Assembly: GCA_963736255.1 (NCBI GenBank)
Contig: CAVTOI010000003.1
Coordinates: 1,684,400-1,748,399 of the forward strand
Source of the DNA: Candidatus Aminicenantes bacterium
GTDB taxonomy: Bacteria; Acidobacteriota; Aminicenantia; Aminicenantales; Saccharicenantaceae
Reading direction: 5' to 3'
DNA: 64,000 bases
Positions within the stretch are counted from its first letter, which is position 1; each line of letters begins with the position of its first letter. A program made the translations under genes and the position numbers. Below, piece after piece: positions 1-9,489 of the stretch. Below the pieces are notes generated by a model, which searched no databases, was not told where the DNA came from, and saw only the letters and a list, made by a program, of their open reading frames with translations.

Positions 1-16
1 GATCGGACGGCCGCCG

Positions 17-400
17 TCAGGCCCCGAGGACCTGGCAGGCCCGCTCGATGTTGGAGACGTCCATGATGATCGCGACGCCGTTCCCCTTCCGGGAGAGGGT
101 GCCATAGCAGTATTCGATGTTGATGCCTTCGTCCCCGAGCTTGGACGTGAGCTCGGCCAGGGCGCCCGGGCGGTTCTCGAGATCGACCCTGAGGACGTCG
201 CGCAGCTCGGTCGTGTAATTCAGCTTGGCCAGGAGCTTGACGGCCTTGTTGAGCTGCTGGACGACGATCTTGGCCGTGTCGTGGAAGACGCCTATCGCGT
301 CGACATTGATCTCGTTCTCGGCCAGGAAGCTGCACAGGTCCCCCAGCTGGGACGGCTTGTTCTCCAGGATGACGTAGATCTCGGTGATCCGTTCGATCAT
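17..400 (-). CDS. ACT-domain protein with two ACT repeats, likely a small regulatory or ligand-binding protein
   Basis: 127-aa ORF with two ACT-like beta-alpha-beta-beta-alpha-beta halves; sits downstream of the glcD-like gene on the same strand. Confidence 0.7.
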   Translation of the reverse strand: MIERITEIYVILENKPSQLGDLCSFLAENEINVDAIGVFHDTAKIVVQQLNKAVKLLAKLNYTTELRDVLRVDLENRPGALAELTSKLGDEGINIEYCYGTLSRKGNGVAIIMDVSNIERACQVLGA

Positions 401-482
401 GCATGACCCCCTGTCAGGTCAGGATTTCATAAACCCCTCGGCCCTATTATTAGCACGATTCCCGGTCCTGCGCAAACGGCCT

Positions 483-1901
483 TCAATCGAAGATCTTGCC
501 CGGGTTCATGATCCCGTGAGGGTCGAAGACGCGCTTGATGCCGCGCATGATCTCGATCTGCCGGTCGTCCAGGACGACCGAGAGGTAGGGCTTCTTGACC
601 AGCCCGATGCCGTGCTCGCCCGAGATGACCCCGCCGCGCGCCTTGCAGTCCCGGAAAAGCTCCTCGCGGATGCGGTCGGCGTGGGGCCGCCACTCGCTCT
701 CCGGGACGGGGACCATCGTCCCGCTCTCATAACGGGCCTTCATGATGTGGGTATGGACGTTCCCGTCGGCGGCGTGACCGAACGTCGGCAGCCACATGCC
801 GTACCGGGCCGCGACCTCACGGACCTTGTGGACGTGGCCGGCCACTTCGGCCCGGGGCACGGCGATGTCCAGGATCTCGACCGTGCCGGACTTGATGGCG
901 TCGTAGATCTTGGAGCGGATGGCCAGCACCTCGTCCTGCTTGCTGGGGGTGTCGGCGATGAAAACGTCGATGGCGCCCTTTTCGACGCAGACCTCCGCCA
1001 CGGCTTGGGACAAGCGGTCCATCTCGTCGTCCGAAGGGGCGTCGAGGATGATCAGGAGGTGGGTTTTGCCGAGCTTCGTCGGCCACTTCTTGTGGATGTG
1101 CTCCTCGGTCAAGGTGATGGGCTCGATCTCGAGGAACTCGACGGCGAGGGGGACGATGCCCCGCTTCATAATGAGGGGGACGGTCTCGAGGGCCGGCTCG
1201 AGCGCTTCGAAGGGCACAACGAGCGAGCGCATGTTGCCGGGCCTGGCCTGGAGATGCAGGACGACTTTCGTGACGACGCCGAGGGTCCCCTCCGAGCCGA
1301 CGACGAGGTGCATCAAGTTGTACCCGGTGCTCGATTTCTCGAGCTTGCCCCCCAGCCACAAGACGTCTCCCGTCGGGGTGACAAGCTCGAGCCCGCGGAC
1401 GTAGTTGCGGATGGTGCCATACTTGACGGCCCGGCTGCCCCCGGCGTTGGTGGCAACGAGGCCGCCCATCATGGCGCTTTCGTCGCCGGGGTGGGGCGGG
1501 AAGTAGAGCCCCCCCTCTTCGACCGCCTTGGTAAAATCGGAAAGGCGGACGCCGGCCTCGGTCACGGCCATCTGATTGTCGGCGTCGATCTCGAGGACAC
1601 GGCTCATCCTCTCGAGCGAGAGGACGATGCCGCCGCAGACCGGAACGCACCCGCCGCAGAGGCCCGTCGCACCGCCCCTCGGGGTCACCGGGACGCCTTG
1701 GGCATCCGCGATCCTGAGCACGGCGGCGACCTCGGCGGTCGTCCCCGGGCGGACGACCACGTCAGGCTGCCGGGCGATCTCCGCGAGCGAGAACTCGTCG
1801 TGGCCGTAATCGAAGGTCCTGTCGGCGTCGGAAAAGACGTGGCCGGGACCGACGGCCCCTTCGAGAGCGGCGCGGACGGCGGGCGTGATCTTCGAGGCCA
1901 T
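483..1901 (-). CDS. glcD: FAD-linked oxidase of the GlcD / D-lactate dehydrogenase family
   Basis: 472-aa ORF with an FAD-binding PCMH-type N-terminus (GGATGLCGG) and the C-terminal FAD-oxidase domain ending ...RVFDPHGIMNPGKIF, which is typical of GlcD/Dld. Confidence 0.85.
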   Translation of the reverse strand: MASKITPAVRAALEGAVGPGHVFSDADRTFDYGHDEFSLAEIARQPDVVVRPGTTAEVAAVLRIADAQGVPVTPRGGATGLCGGCVPVCGGIVLSLERMSRVLEIDADNQMAVTEAGVRLSDFTKAVEEGGLYFPPHPGDESAMMGGLVATNAGGSRAVKYGTIRNYVRGLELVTPTGDVLWLGGKLEKSSTGYNLMHLVVGSEGTLGVVTKVVLHLQARPGNMRSLVVPFEALEPALETVPLIMKRGIVPLAVEFLEIEPITLTEEHIHKKWPTKLGKTHLLIILDAPSDDEMDRLSQAVAEVCVEKGAIDVFIADTPSKQDEVLAIRSKIYDAIKSGTVEILDIAVPRAEVAGHVHKVREVAARYGMWLPTFGHAADGNVHTHIMKARYESGTMVPVPESEWRPHADRIREELFRDCKARGGVISGEHGIGLVKKPYLSVVLDDRQIEIMRGIKRVFDPHGIMNPGKIFD

Positions 1902-1913
1902 GGCGGACTCCTT

Positions 1914-2702
1914 TCAATCGATGCGCTTGATCTGGAGAGGCACGCCGATCATGATCTGCGGGCGCCCCTGATAGAGCTCGATGAGCCCCGACGCCTCGAT
2001 CGTCTGGCCTTCGAGATCGAGCAGGCCGGGAAGCGACCGGTAGACCTCGAGGGGGATGGCCGCGTCGAAGGCCGCGCCATCGGCCTCGAGGATGCGGAAC
2101 CCGCCGCGCCGGAACGACCGGAGGCAGCGGAAACGGACGGTCAGGAGACCTCCGACCCGTCGGCCCGCGTCCGCGGCGTCGATCACGGGATACGGCTCCC
2201 GCCCCCAAAGGCCCTTCCCGTTCTGGCGGGCTTCGGTCTCGGCCGCCTTGAGCTCCTTCCTCAGCGTCTCGTCAAAGGGGAACTTGAGGTAGGCAAAGGC
2301 ATAGCCTTCCCGGACGAGGGTCACGTTGAACACTTCGCCGTCCGGGAGGCGGACGAAGGCGAGCAGCCGTCCGTACGAATCCCTCTCTTCGGGCCCGGGA
2401 AGGAGCTCGACCTGGGCCCGGTAGAGCCGGGTGAAGGCGAACCGCTTGGCCAGGAAGGCCATGAGCCGGACGCGCTCCCGGGCGTCGTCGAGCTCCTGGC
2501 TGTCGATCCCGATGAGGCGGACCTTCTCGTTGCCGCCGCCAGCCAACCGGACCCTGATCGTGTCCCCGTCGGTGACGGCGGTCACGGTGCCTTTTAGGGT
2601 TTCCCCCGGGGCGGTGGGGGCGGGCAGGGACGCGGCCGGGAGCGCAGCTGCGGCGAGGATCACCGCGAGCGTCAGCGCAGCGGAACGGGGGCGCGTTCTC
2701 AA
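1914..2702 (-). CDS. secreted nuclease of the thermonuclease (SNase-like) family
   Basis: The C-terminal ~260 aa of ORF 1914..3236 carry a signal peptide (LTLAVILAAAALPAAS) and an SNc-like core (GDTIRV...RLIGID...). The start is placed at a TTG that overlaps the tkt stop (TTGA), so the start is uncertain. Confidence 0.65.
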   Translation of the reverse strand: MRTRPRSAALTLAVILAAAALPAASLPAPTAPGETLKGTVTAVTDGDTIRVRLAGGGNEKVRLIGIDSQELDDARERVRLMAFLAKRFAFTRLYRAQVELLPGPEERDSYGRLLAFVRLPDGEVFNVTLVREGYAFAYLKFPFDETLRKELKAAETEARQNGKGLWGREPYPVIDAADAGRRVGGLLTVRFRCLRSFRRGGFRILEADGAAFDAAIPLEVYRSLPGLLDLEGQTIEASGLIELYQGRPQIMIGVPLQIKRID

Positions 2703-4528
2703 CGGCCGCAGAGCTCCCGCGCCGCCCGGGCGATATGCGAGGCGCTGATCCCGAACCGCTCCAGGAGCTCGTCCGGCTTCCCGGAGCGGGGAAGCTCGCG
2801 GATGCAGAGGTGGCGGAGGGCCGCCTGTCCGGCCAAGGCCTGGGCGACGGCCTCGCCGAGCCCGCCGGCGGCGTAATGGTCTTCGACGACGACCGCCCGG
2901 CCGCCGGTCCCGGAGACCTCCCGCAGGATCGTGGCCTTGTCCAGGGGCGCGACCGAATACGCGTCGATAACGCGGAGGCCGAGGCCCTCCTTCTTGAGAG
3001 CCTCGAACGCCTTTAGGGCTTCGTGAACGGTGATCCCCGCGGCGATGACGGTGACCGCGTCCCCCTCCCCTTTCCGCAGCACCTTGGAGCCGCCGATGGG
3101 GAAGGTCTCGTTGGCGGGATAAAGGACCGGCGTCGCCGGGCGCGAGGCGCGGATGTAGCACATCCCTTTGTGGGCCGCGGCGGCCGCGACGCAGGCCTCC
3201 GACGAGACCGCGTCGCTCGGGTAGAGCACGACGCATCCCGGGATGGGCCGGAACATGGCCAGGTCCTCGAGACCCATCTGGGACGGCCCGTCCTCGCCGA
3301 TGCTGACCCCGACGTGAGAGCCGCAGATCTTGAGGTTGGAGAACGAGTAGGCGGCCATCCGGATCTGGTCGTGGGCCCGGGTCAGGAAGGCGGCGAAGGT
3401 GGCCATGAACGGCAGGTAGCCTTTGGCGGCGAGCCCCATGCCCACGCCGACCATGTTCTGCTCGGCGATGTAGGATTGGAAGGACCGGCCCGGGAAGGCC
3501 TCGAAGAATTTGTCGGCGTAGGTCGAGTTCTTGACGTCGCCGTCGATGGCCACGACCTTGGCGTTGACCTTGCCCAGGCTGAGCAGGGCGTTGCCGTAGG
3601 CCAGTCGCGTCGCCGTCTTCTCGGTATAGGCCGTGCGGGGGAAATCGAGGGCCGCCGCGACCTTCTTTTTGACGAAGGGCTTGGGCCTATGGACGAACCG
3701 CTTGGAATCGACGTCGGGAAGGCAGCCGGTCTCCTCGAGGGCCCGGGCCAGCTCGTCGGCCTTGAGGGGCTTGCCATGCCAGCCGTTCTTGTCCTCGATG
3801 AAGCTCACGCCCTTCCCTTTGAGCGTCCGGGCCAGGATGACCGTCGGCTGGCCCTTCTTGCCGGTTAGCTTGAGGGCCGCCAGGATCCTGTCGATCTTGT
3901 GGCCGTCGACGATGAGGGCGTCCCAGCCGAAGGCCCGGAACTTGCGGGCCAGGGCGGGGAGATCGTGCTGGTGCATGGTCCGGTCCGACTGGCCGAGCCC
4001 GTTGACATCGACGACGGCGACGAGATTGCGGAGTTTCCAACAAGCCGCGGCGGCGGCCGCCTCCCAGACCTGGCCTTCGGCGCATTCGCCGTCGCCCATG
4101 AGGACGAAGGTCCGGGCCGGGGATCTATCGAGACGCTGGGCGAGGGCCATCCCGACGCCCACGGAGAGCCCCTGACCGAGCGAGCCCGTCGCGGCCTTGA
4201 CCCAAGGCATTCGGGGGGTCGGATGGCCCTCGAGGTCGCTCGTGATCTTCCTGAGATCGAGAAGGCTCTCGAGCGGGATTATGCCGGCCTCGGCGTAGAC
4301 CGCCCAGAGGAGGGGGGCGGCATGGCCCTTGGAGAGGACGAATTCGTCGCTCCCCGGGTCGCCCGGGTCCTTGGTATTCCAGCGCATCTCCGAGAAGAAC
4401 AGGCAGGCGGCGAGGTCGGCCGCGGAGAGGCAAGTTGTCGGGTGTCCCGAGCCGGCCACGGTGGTCTGGCGCAGGGAATGGATGCGGAGGCGGGTGGCGA
4501 TTTTGCGGAGATCGTCGATCTTGGCCAT
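2699..4528 (-). CDS. tkt: transketolase
   Basis: Full-length transketolase: thiamine-diphosphate-binding region GHP...GDG, pyrimidine-binding domain and C-terminal domain. Start taken at MAKIDDL, preceded by GAGGAG. Confidence 0.9.
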   Translation of the reverse strand: MAKIDDLRKIATRLRIHSLRQTTVAGSGHPTTCLSAADLAACLFFSEMRWNTKDPGDPGSDEFVLSKGHAAPLLWAVYAEAGIIPLESLLDLRKITSDLEGHPTPRMPWVKAATGSLGQGLSVGVGMALAQRLDRSPARTFVLMGDGECAEGQVWEAAAAAACWKLRNLVAVVDVNGLGQSDRTMHQHDLPALARKFRAFGWDALIVDGHKIDRILAALKLTGKKGQPTVILARTLKGKGVSFIEDKNGWHGKPLKADELARALEETGCLPDVDSKRFVHRPKPFVKKKVAAALDFPRTAYTEKTATRLAYGNALLSLGKVNAKVVAIDGDVKNSTYADKFFEAFPGRSFQSYIAEQNMVGVGMGLAAKGYLPFMATFAAFLTRAHDQIRMAAYSFSNLKICGSHVGVSIGEDGPSQMGLEDLAMFRPIPGCVVLYPSDAVSSEACVAAAAAHKGMCYIRASRPATPVLYPANETFPIGGSKVLRKGEGDAVTVIAAGITVHEALKAFEALKKEGLGLRVIDAYSVAPLDKATILREVSGTGGRAVVVEDHYAAGGLGEAVAQALAGQAALRHLCIRELPRSGKPDELLERFGISASHIARAARELCGR

Positions 4529-4624
4529 GGTGTGATGCTCCTCAGTGATCGTGGGACATGTTCCCCGAGGGAGGCATGATAACACGAAAGCCGGAGCGGG
4601 CAAAGACGGAGCGGGGCTTGGCGC

Positions 4625-5965
4625 TCAGCGCTCGAACGGCGTGTCGGGGAAGACGATCCGCGCCGGTTTCGGCTTGTCGACGGCCGCCATACGCAAGAGA
4701 AACGTCCCGATCCCGGCGGCGCCCTGCATGTAGCCGGTCTGGGCGAAAACATAGTCGGGTCGGGTCCGGTGTTCGGCCTGGACCCAGAACATGCGGCCAT
4801 CTTCCACGGTCGCCTTGGCCAGTAGGCGCGACGCGACTCGTTTCGAGAAATCGAGATACGCCTTATCGCCGAGCTCCTTGTAGAGGTCCAGGAAGAATTC
4901 CCCCACTCCGGCCAGGCCGCAACAGATGCCGGCGTTGTTCCAGAACCCGGGGGTCTCCTGCTCGGGAATGCCGCTCTGGATGAGTCCGTTGGCGGACCTG
5001 CGGACCCAGTCGAGCCACGACGCATCGCCGGTTACGCCGGAGAGCATGAAGAACAGCCGGGCCGTGCCGACCGGACCGTGGCACCAGCCGAGATAAAAGA
5101 GGTCCCTGTTGTCGGGCTCGTCGTGAAAGACAAGACAGCTGTCCGCATCGGTTTTAGCCACCGACAGAAGATACTTCGCCCCGGCCAGGGCCGCCTCGAG
5201 GAATTCTTTTCGCCGGGTCTCTTTGTAGAGCGCGGCCAGGAAATAGGCGATCCCCGCCGTGCCGTGCGAGAAGTTCGGCATGAGCCGGGGAAAATCCGGG
5301 TCCATGGCCCACTTCAGGCCGCCGTTCTCCGGCCGCCCGAGCTCGATGAGCCGGGTCCCGGCCCGCGCGGCGAGATCGAGCCAGACCCAGTCGCCCGTTC
5401 TGCGGAATGCGTGGATCAGGAAGAGGCCGGTGCCGGCGTTGCCGCTGATGATATCGGTCGTCGGGCTCCATTCGACCCCGCTCCCGGTTGCGGCCGCGCC
5501 TGAGGCGATCCGCTCCAGACAATCGCGAAATCCGCGACGGTATTTATCATCCTTGGAAGCGTCATAGGTTTCTTCGAGAGCGAAGGCGATCCCCGAGAGA
5601 CCCTCGTAGAGGCCAAAGCTGTCGACGGAGGCGGCCCTGGCCAGGAGATGATCGGCGCCGGCCCGAGCCTGGTCGAGATAGGCGGGCTCCCCCGTTATAC
5701 CGTGGAGCTGAAGAAGGAAGAGGATGACGCCGGGGACCCCGCTGTAGAGATCCAAGCCGACGGTCTCGCTGTCCTGAGGGGTGGCCGGCCAGGACAAGCC
5801 CTCCGGGCTGCGGATCTCGACGGACTTGACCCAGGCCGCTGACTTCACCGCGGCTTCAACGTAATACCTGTCGACCCCGGGCTTGCAGGACGCTGCGGCG
5901 GAAAGGATGAGAATCCCCGCCAGCCCGTCGCGCAAGATCCTTGAAGCGTGCTTATCCTGGCACAT
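4625..5965 (-). CDS. LanC-like lipoprotein (lanthionine synthetase C-like fold)
   Basis: Lipobox LSAAASC; repeated GxxG helix-hairpin motifs plus the LanC signature triad context SHG (NFSHGTAG), WCHG (GWCHGPVG) and CxG (NAGICCGLAGVG). Confidence 0.75.
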   Translation of the reverse strand: MCQDKHASRILRDGLAGILILSAAASCKPGVDRYYVEAAVKSAAWVKSVEIRSPEGLSWPATPQDSETVGLDLYSGVPGVILFLLQLHGITGEPAYLDQARAGADHLLARAASVDSFGLYEGLSGIAFALEETYDASKDDKYRRGFRDCLERIASGAAATGSGVEWSPTTDIISGNAGTGLFLIHAFRRTGDWVWLDLAARAGTRLIELGRPENGGLKWAMDPDFPRLMPNFSHGTAGIAYFLAALYKETRRKEFLEAALAGAKYLLSVAKTDADSCLVFHDEPDNRDLFYLGWCHGPVGTARLFFMLSGVTGDASWLDWVRRSANGLIQSGIPEQETPGFWNNAGICCGLAGVGEFFLDLYKELGDKAYLDFSKRVASRLLAKATVEDGRMFWVQAEHRTRPDYVFAQTGYMQGAAGIGTFLLRMAAVDKPKPARIVFPDTPFER

Positions 5966-5981
5966 GATGCGCTCCCGGAAT

Positions 5982-7013
5982 CTACAGGATCGGCCAGGCC
6001 TTCGGCAGGAAGATCTGCTCGTAGAGGGCCATGGCGTAGCGGTCGGTCATGCCGGCGATGAAGTCCCCGGCGCGGACGATGACCGGGTCGCCCGGGGGAT
6101 AGGGGCGGATGTAGTCCTCGGGACGCTCCATGATATAGCCAAAGAGGTCGGTGATGATCTTTTCGGTCTTGCGCAGCTCGTCGCGCGCCGCCGAGTTGAA
6201 ATAGACTTTCTGATAGAGATATTCCCGGAGCTCGACGACGGCCTTCATGATCCTCTCGCTCATGGCGATCCGCTCCAGGTCTGTCGCCAGGCTGGCCTCG
6301 ACGACGTCCATGACCATCCGGTCGATCCGCGTCGCGTGCCACTTGCCCAGGACCTTGACAAGGCCGGCCGGAATGTCCTCGTCCTTGATGATCCCGGCCC
6401 GGAGGGCGTCGTCAATGTCGTGGTTGACGTAGGCGATGACGTCGGAGACGCGGACGATCTGGCCTTCGAGCGTCAAGGGCATGTCCTCGACGTCCTCGTC
6501 GAAGATCTCGCCCCGGCCTTTGGAGTGTTTCTGGATGCCGTCGCGGACTTCGAAGGTCAGGTTGAGTCCCTTGCCGTCGTACTCGAGCTTCTCGACGACG
6601 CGCAGGCTCTGGTCGGCATGGTGGAAGCCGTGCGGCAGGAGCTTTCGCAGCGTCTGCTCGCCGGCGTGGCCGAACGGGGTATGGCCGAGATCGTGGCCCA
6701 GGGCTATGGCCTCGGTCAGGTCCTCGTTGAGGCGGAGGGCCTTGGCGATCGTCCGGGCGATCTGCGAGACCTCGAGGCAATGCGTCAGCCGCGTCCGGTA
6801 GTGGTCGCCGAACGGAGAGAGGAAGACCTGGGTTTTGTGCTTGAGGCGACGGAAGGATTTCGAGTGGATGATGCGGTCGCGGTCGCGCTGGAAGTCCGTC
6901 CGCAGGACGTGCTGAGCTTCGGGGCGGACGCGGCCCCTCGACTTGGCGCTGAGGCAGGCCTTGGGCGACAGGAACTGCTGCTCGGTATTCTCCAGCTCTT
7001 CGCGGATGGTCAT
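5982..7013 (-). CDS. dgt: dGTP triphosphohydrolase-like HD-domain phosphohydrolase
   Basis: 343 aa; HD motif ([10 protein letters not shown]...[11 protein letters not shown]) with the architecture of short Dgt-like dNTPases. Confidence 0.85.
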   Translation of the reverse strand: MTIREELENTEQQFLSPKACLSAKSRGRVRPEAQHVLRTDFQRDRDRIIHSKSFRRLKHKTQVFLSPFGDHYRTRLTHCLEVSQIARTIAKALRLNEDLTEAIALGHDLGHTPFGHAGEQTLRKLLPHGFHHADQSLRVVEKLEYDGKGLNLTFEVRDGIQKHSKGRGEIFDEDVEDMPLTLEGQIVRVSDVIAYVNHDIDDALRAGIIKDEDIPAGLVKVLGKWHATRIDRMVMDVVEASLATDLERIAMSERIMKAVVELREYLYQKVYFNSAARDELRKTEKIITDLFGYIMERPEDYIRPYPPGDPVIVRAGDFIAGMTDRYAMALYEQIFLPKAWPIL

Positions 7014-7065
7014 CGATTCTCTCCCCGGACGCGGCCGATTATAGCAGACGGGGGGCGTCGGGCGC

Positions 7066-7169
7066 CAGCCAAGACGGGGTCAAACCTTAATTCTTATAAT
7101 TTTATCCCCCGCCGATTGATAGCAATCCTAAGTTGCCAGGAAAAATTATAAGAATTAAGGTTTGACCCC
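7066..7169. repeat. AT-rich perfect hairpin: 28-bp stem, 48-nt loop, termini GGGGTCAAACCT / AGGTTTGACCCC
   Basis: Arm 7066-7093 is the exact reverse complement of arm 7142-7169. It lies between the divergent dgt and yggS starts and shares its termini with the hairpin at 50081-50172. Confidence 0.8.
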
Positions 7170-7189
7170 TTCTTTGATAAAATGAAGCG

Positions 7190-7852
7190 ATGAGCGGAAC
7201 GATCGCCTCGAACGTCAAGGCCATCCTGGCGGAGCTGCCGCCGGGGGTCGAGCTCGTCGCCGCGGCCAAGACCCGCTCCGCCGCCGAGATCCTCGAAGCC
7301 GTCGACGCGGGCGTCAAGACGATCGGCGAGAACTACGTCCAGGAGGCGGACGTCGTCTTCTCTGCCGTCGGCCATCGGGCCCGCTGGCATTTCATCGGCC
7401 ATCTCCAGACGAACAAAGCCAAGAAGGCCGTTGAGATCTTCGACCTCGTCGAGACCGTGGACTCGATCGCGCTCGGACGCGAGCTCGACAAGCGCGCAGC
7501 GGCGGCCGGAAAGACGATGGAGGTCCTGGTCGAGGTCAACAGCGGCCGCGAGCCCCAGAAAGCCGGCGTGATGCCCGACGAAGCGGAAGCCGTGGTCCGA
7601 TCCCTCGCAGCCCTGCCCCACCTTCGCGTCCTTGGCCTCATGACCATGGGCCCGTTCGAAGGCGATCCCGAGGATTCGCGGCCTTATTTCAAGGAGACGA
7701 AGCGCGTCTGGGACACGGTCAAGGCCCTGGCCATCCCCGGCGTCGAGATACGGCATTTATCCATGGGCATGTCCCATTCTTGGAAGATCGCCATCGAAGA
7801 GGGGGCCACCATGGTCCGCATCGGAACGGCCATCTTCGGACCGCGTCCCTAG
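7190..7852 (+). CDS. yggS: YggS-family pyridoxal-phosphate homeostasis protein
   Basis: 220 aa; alanine-racemase N-terminal-like PLP barrel (AAKTRS...IGHLQTNK...). Confidence 0.9.
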   Translation: MSGTIASNVKAILAELPPGVELVAAAKTRSAAEILEAVDAGVKTIGENYVQEADVVFSAVGHRARWHFIGHLQTNKAKKAVEIFDLVETVDSIALGRELDKRAAAAGKTMEVLVEVNSGREPQKAGVMPDEAEAVVRSLAALPHLRVLGLMTMGPFEGDPEDSRPYFKETKRVWDTVKALAIPGVEIRHLSMGMSHSWKIAIEEGATMVRIGTAIFGPRP

Positions 7853-7873
7853 CCGAGATCATTCACGAGACTG

Positions 7874-7907
7874 AGAAAACCGGCGTTTTTATGAATAGTC
7901 CAGGCTA
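7874..7907 (-). other. 3'-UTR element beginning at the rmuC stop codon (TAGCCTGGaCtATTCATAAAAACGCCGGTTTTCTC), also found after the OMP gene at 22049
   Basis: ~34 of 35 nt identical to 22049-22083 on the opposite strand. In both places it begins exactly at a TAG stop codon. Confidence 0.55.
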
Positions 7908-9140
7908 GTCCGGCTGTTCCTTGTCTTCGCCCGCCCCGAGCACGATGATCTCGGCGTCGCAAACGGCCGGTTCGGTCCCAATGCCCTTCAGCTGCTGCAG
8001 GTCCTCGATCTTCTGGATGGACTTGTCCAGCTTGTCGTGGCGCGTCGTCGTCATCTTCCGGTATTCCTCCCGGGCGCCGTCGAGCTTCTCCCCCATCTTG
8101 GACATGGACTCCGCGAACTTCTCCCATTCCTTCTTGAAGCCCTTGACGAGCCCCAGGATCTCGCCGGCCGTCTTCTCCATGCTGAAGTTGTCGAGCGACT
8201 GGCGGATGATGGCCAGGATGGCGAACAGGGTGAACGGCGAGCAGAGGATGACCTTGTTCTTGAGGGCCTCGTCCATGAGCCCCGGGTCGTTCTGGTTGAT
8301 GAAGGCGTAGACCTGCTCGTTGGGGATGAAGACGAGGACATAATCGAGCGTCTGCTCCTCCGGGTTGATGTAGTCCCGAGTCGTGACCTCCTTGATCCGC
8401 GTCCGGACGTCCCGGAGGAACTGCGTCCTGTGGGTCTCCCGGGCCGTATCGCTGTCGGACTCGAGATAGCGGAGGTAGCTGTTGAGGGGGAACTTGACGT
8501 CCATGTTGACCTTCAGGCCCTGCGGCAGCCAGAAGGTGTAGTCAGGCCGCGAGGCGGCCATGTCGAGGACCGTCTGTTTGATGTAGTTGACGCCTTCGAT
8601 GAAGCCGGCCAGCCGCAGGACGTCCTCGGCCATCCGTTCGCCCCACTGGCCGCGGGCCTTGGTGCTGACCAGAGCCTGGCGGAGGTGGTCGGCCGTGTCC
8701 TGGAGCCGCGACGTCTCCCGGGCTGCGGTCTTCAGCTGGACGTCCAACTCCCCGTATTGGCGGGACCGCTCGCTTTCGAAGCGCGACACGAGCTCCTGCA
8801 TCTTGTGGATGTCGCCCTTCATGGTCGCGAGGTTCTGGTCGATGAGCTGCTTCTTTGTCTCCAGGTCTTTCTCGCCGAGGTGGACCCGGCCGTCGAGGTT
8901 CTCCCGGGCCAGCTTGAGGAGCTCGTCCGTGCTGGCCTTGAGCGCGTCCTGCGACAGGGCCCCGAAGCTGTCCCTGACCCTGCCCATGAGGGCCTCGAGG
9001 TCCTGGACCTTTTCAGCCTCGGTCTCGCTGACCAGGGCCCGGGCGATCTCCCGCGAGTCCTTCTTCCGAAGGACATGGACGATGAGCACGACCAGGGCGC
9101 CGAAGACGACGCCGCCCGCGAAAAGCAGGATCTCAGTCAT
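7905..9140 (-). CDS. rmuC: DNA recombination protein RmuC
   Basis: 411 aa; N-terminal TM helix, long coiled-coil and RmuC C-terminal domain. Confidence 0.85.
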   Translation of the reverse strand: MTEILLFAGGVVFGALVVLIVHVLRKKDSREIARALVSETEAEKVQDLEALMGRVRDSFGALSQDALKASTDELLKLARENLDGRVHLGEKDLETKKQLIDQNLATMKGDIHKMQELVSRFESERSRQYGELDVQLKTAARETSRLQDTADHLRQALVSTKARGQWGERMAEDVLRLAGFIEGVNYIKQTVLDMAASRPDYTFWLPQGLKVNMDVKFPLNSYLRYLESDSDTARETHRTQFLRDVRTRIKEVTTRDYINPEEQTLDYVLVFIPNEQVYAFINQNDPGLMDEALKNKVILCSPFTLFAILAIIRQSLDNFSMEKTAGEILGLVKGFKKEWEKFAESMSKMGEKLDGAREEYRKMTTTRHDKLDKSIQKIEDLQQLKGIGTEPAVCDAEIIVLGAGEDKEQPD

Positions 9141-9489
9141 CGTCGCCCCCCTCGCCGGCTTCCTCGTCCCGCTCCGCGTCCTCCACGGCCTTGTCGACTT
9201 CTTCTTCGAAGGACTCGCCGGCCTCCTCCCCCATCTCCTTGCCCATTCTCTTCATCCAGCGGGCGACGCTTTTCGGATCGTTCTCGTCGAGCCCGCTCAA
9301 GGCGGACGGATCGGCCAGGCCCTCGAGCCGGCTTTCCTCGGACTTCCTGACGGCGACGCGCGAGACGAGCTTGGTCAGGTTCCGGCCGCCGCAGTGGCTG
9401 CAGACCGGATCGACAGCCACGCTCACCGCGAGCGTCACCACCGTCGTCTTCCTGCGGCAGTCGGCGCAGCGGTATTCGTAGATCGGCAT
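9133..9489 (-). CDS. FmdB-family zinc-ribbon protein
   Basis: MPIYEYRCADC...CSHCGG CxxC/CxxC ribbon followed by an acidic tail. Confidence 0.7.
   Translation of the reverse strand: MPIYEYRCADCRRKTTVVTLAVSVAVDPVCSHCGGRNLTKLVSRVAVRKSEESRLEGLADPSALSGLDENDPKSVARWMKRMGKEMGEEAGESFEEEVDKAVEDAERDEEAGEGGDDD

Noticed and set aside
384-2597. 737-aa plus-strand ORF and dozens of other long ORFs (for example 12957..15389, 15446..17398, 22977..24443, 43686..46190, 56145..57809)
   Set aside because: They are antisense to, or out of frame with, genes that have clear family signatures. Their translations are low-complexity Arg/Pro/Gly/Ala-rich strings typical of stop-codon-poor frames in 66% GC DNA. They lack RBS or signal features.
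7066-7169. Hairpin repeats as CRISPR array or prophage att sites
   Set aside because: Only single inverted-repeat units are present, with no direct repeat-spacer periodicity. No integrase, transposase or cas genes occur anywhere in the window.
5982-9140. dGTPase (dgt) and RmuC as components of an anti-phage defence island
   Set aside because: Both are short housekeeping-type versions set among core metabolic genes (tkt, yggS). No nucleases, methyltransferases, ATPases or mobile-element markers accompany them.
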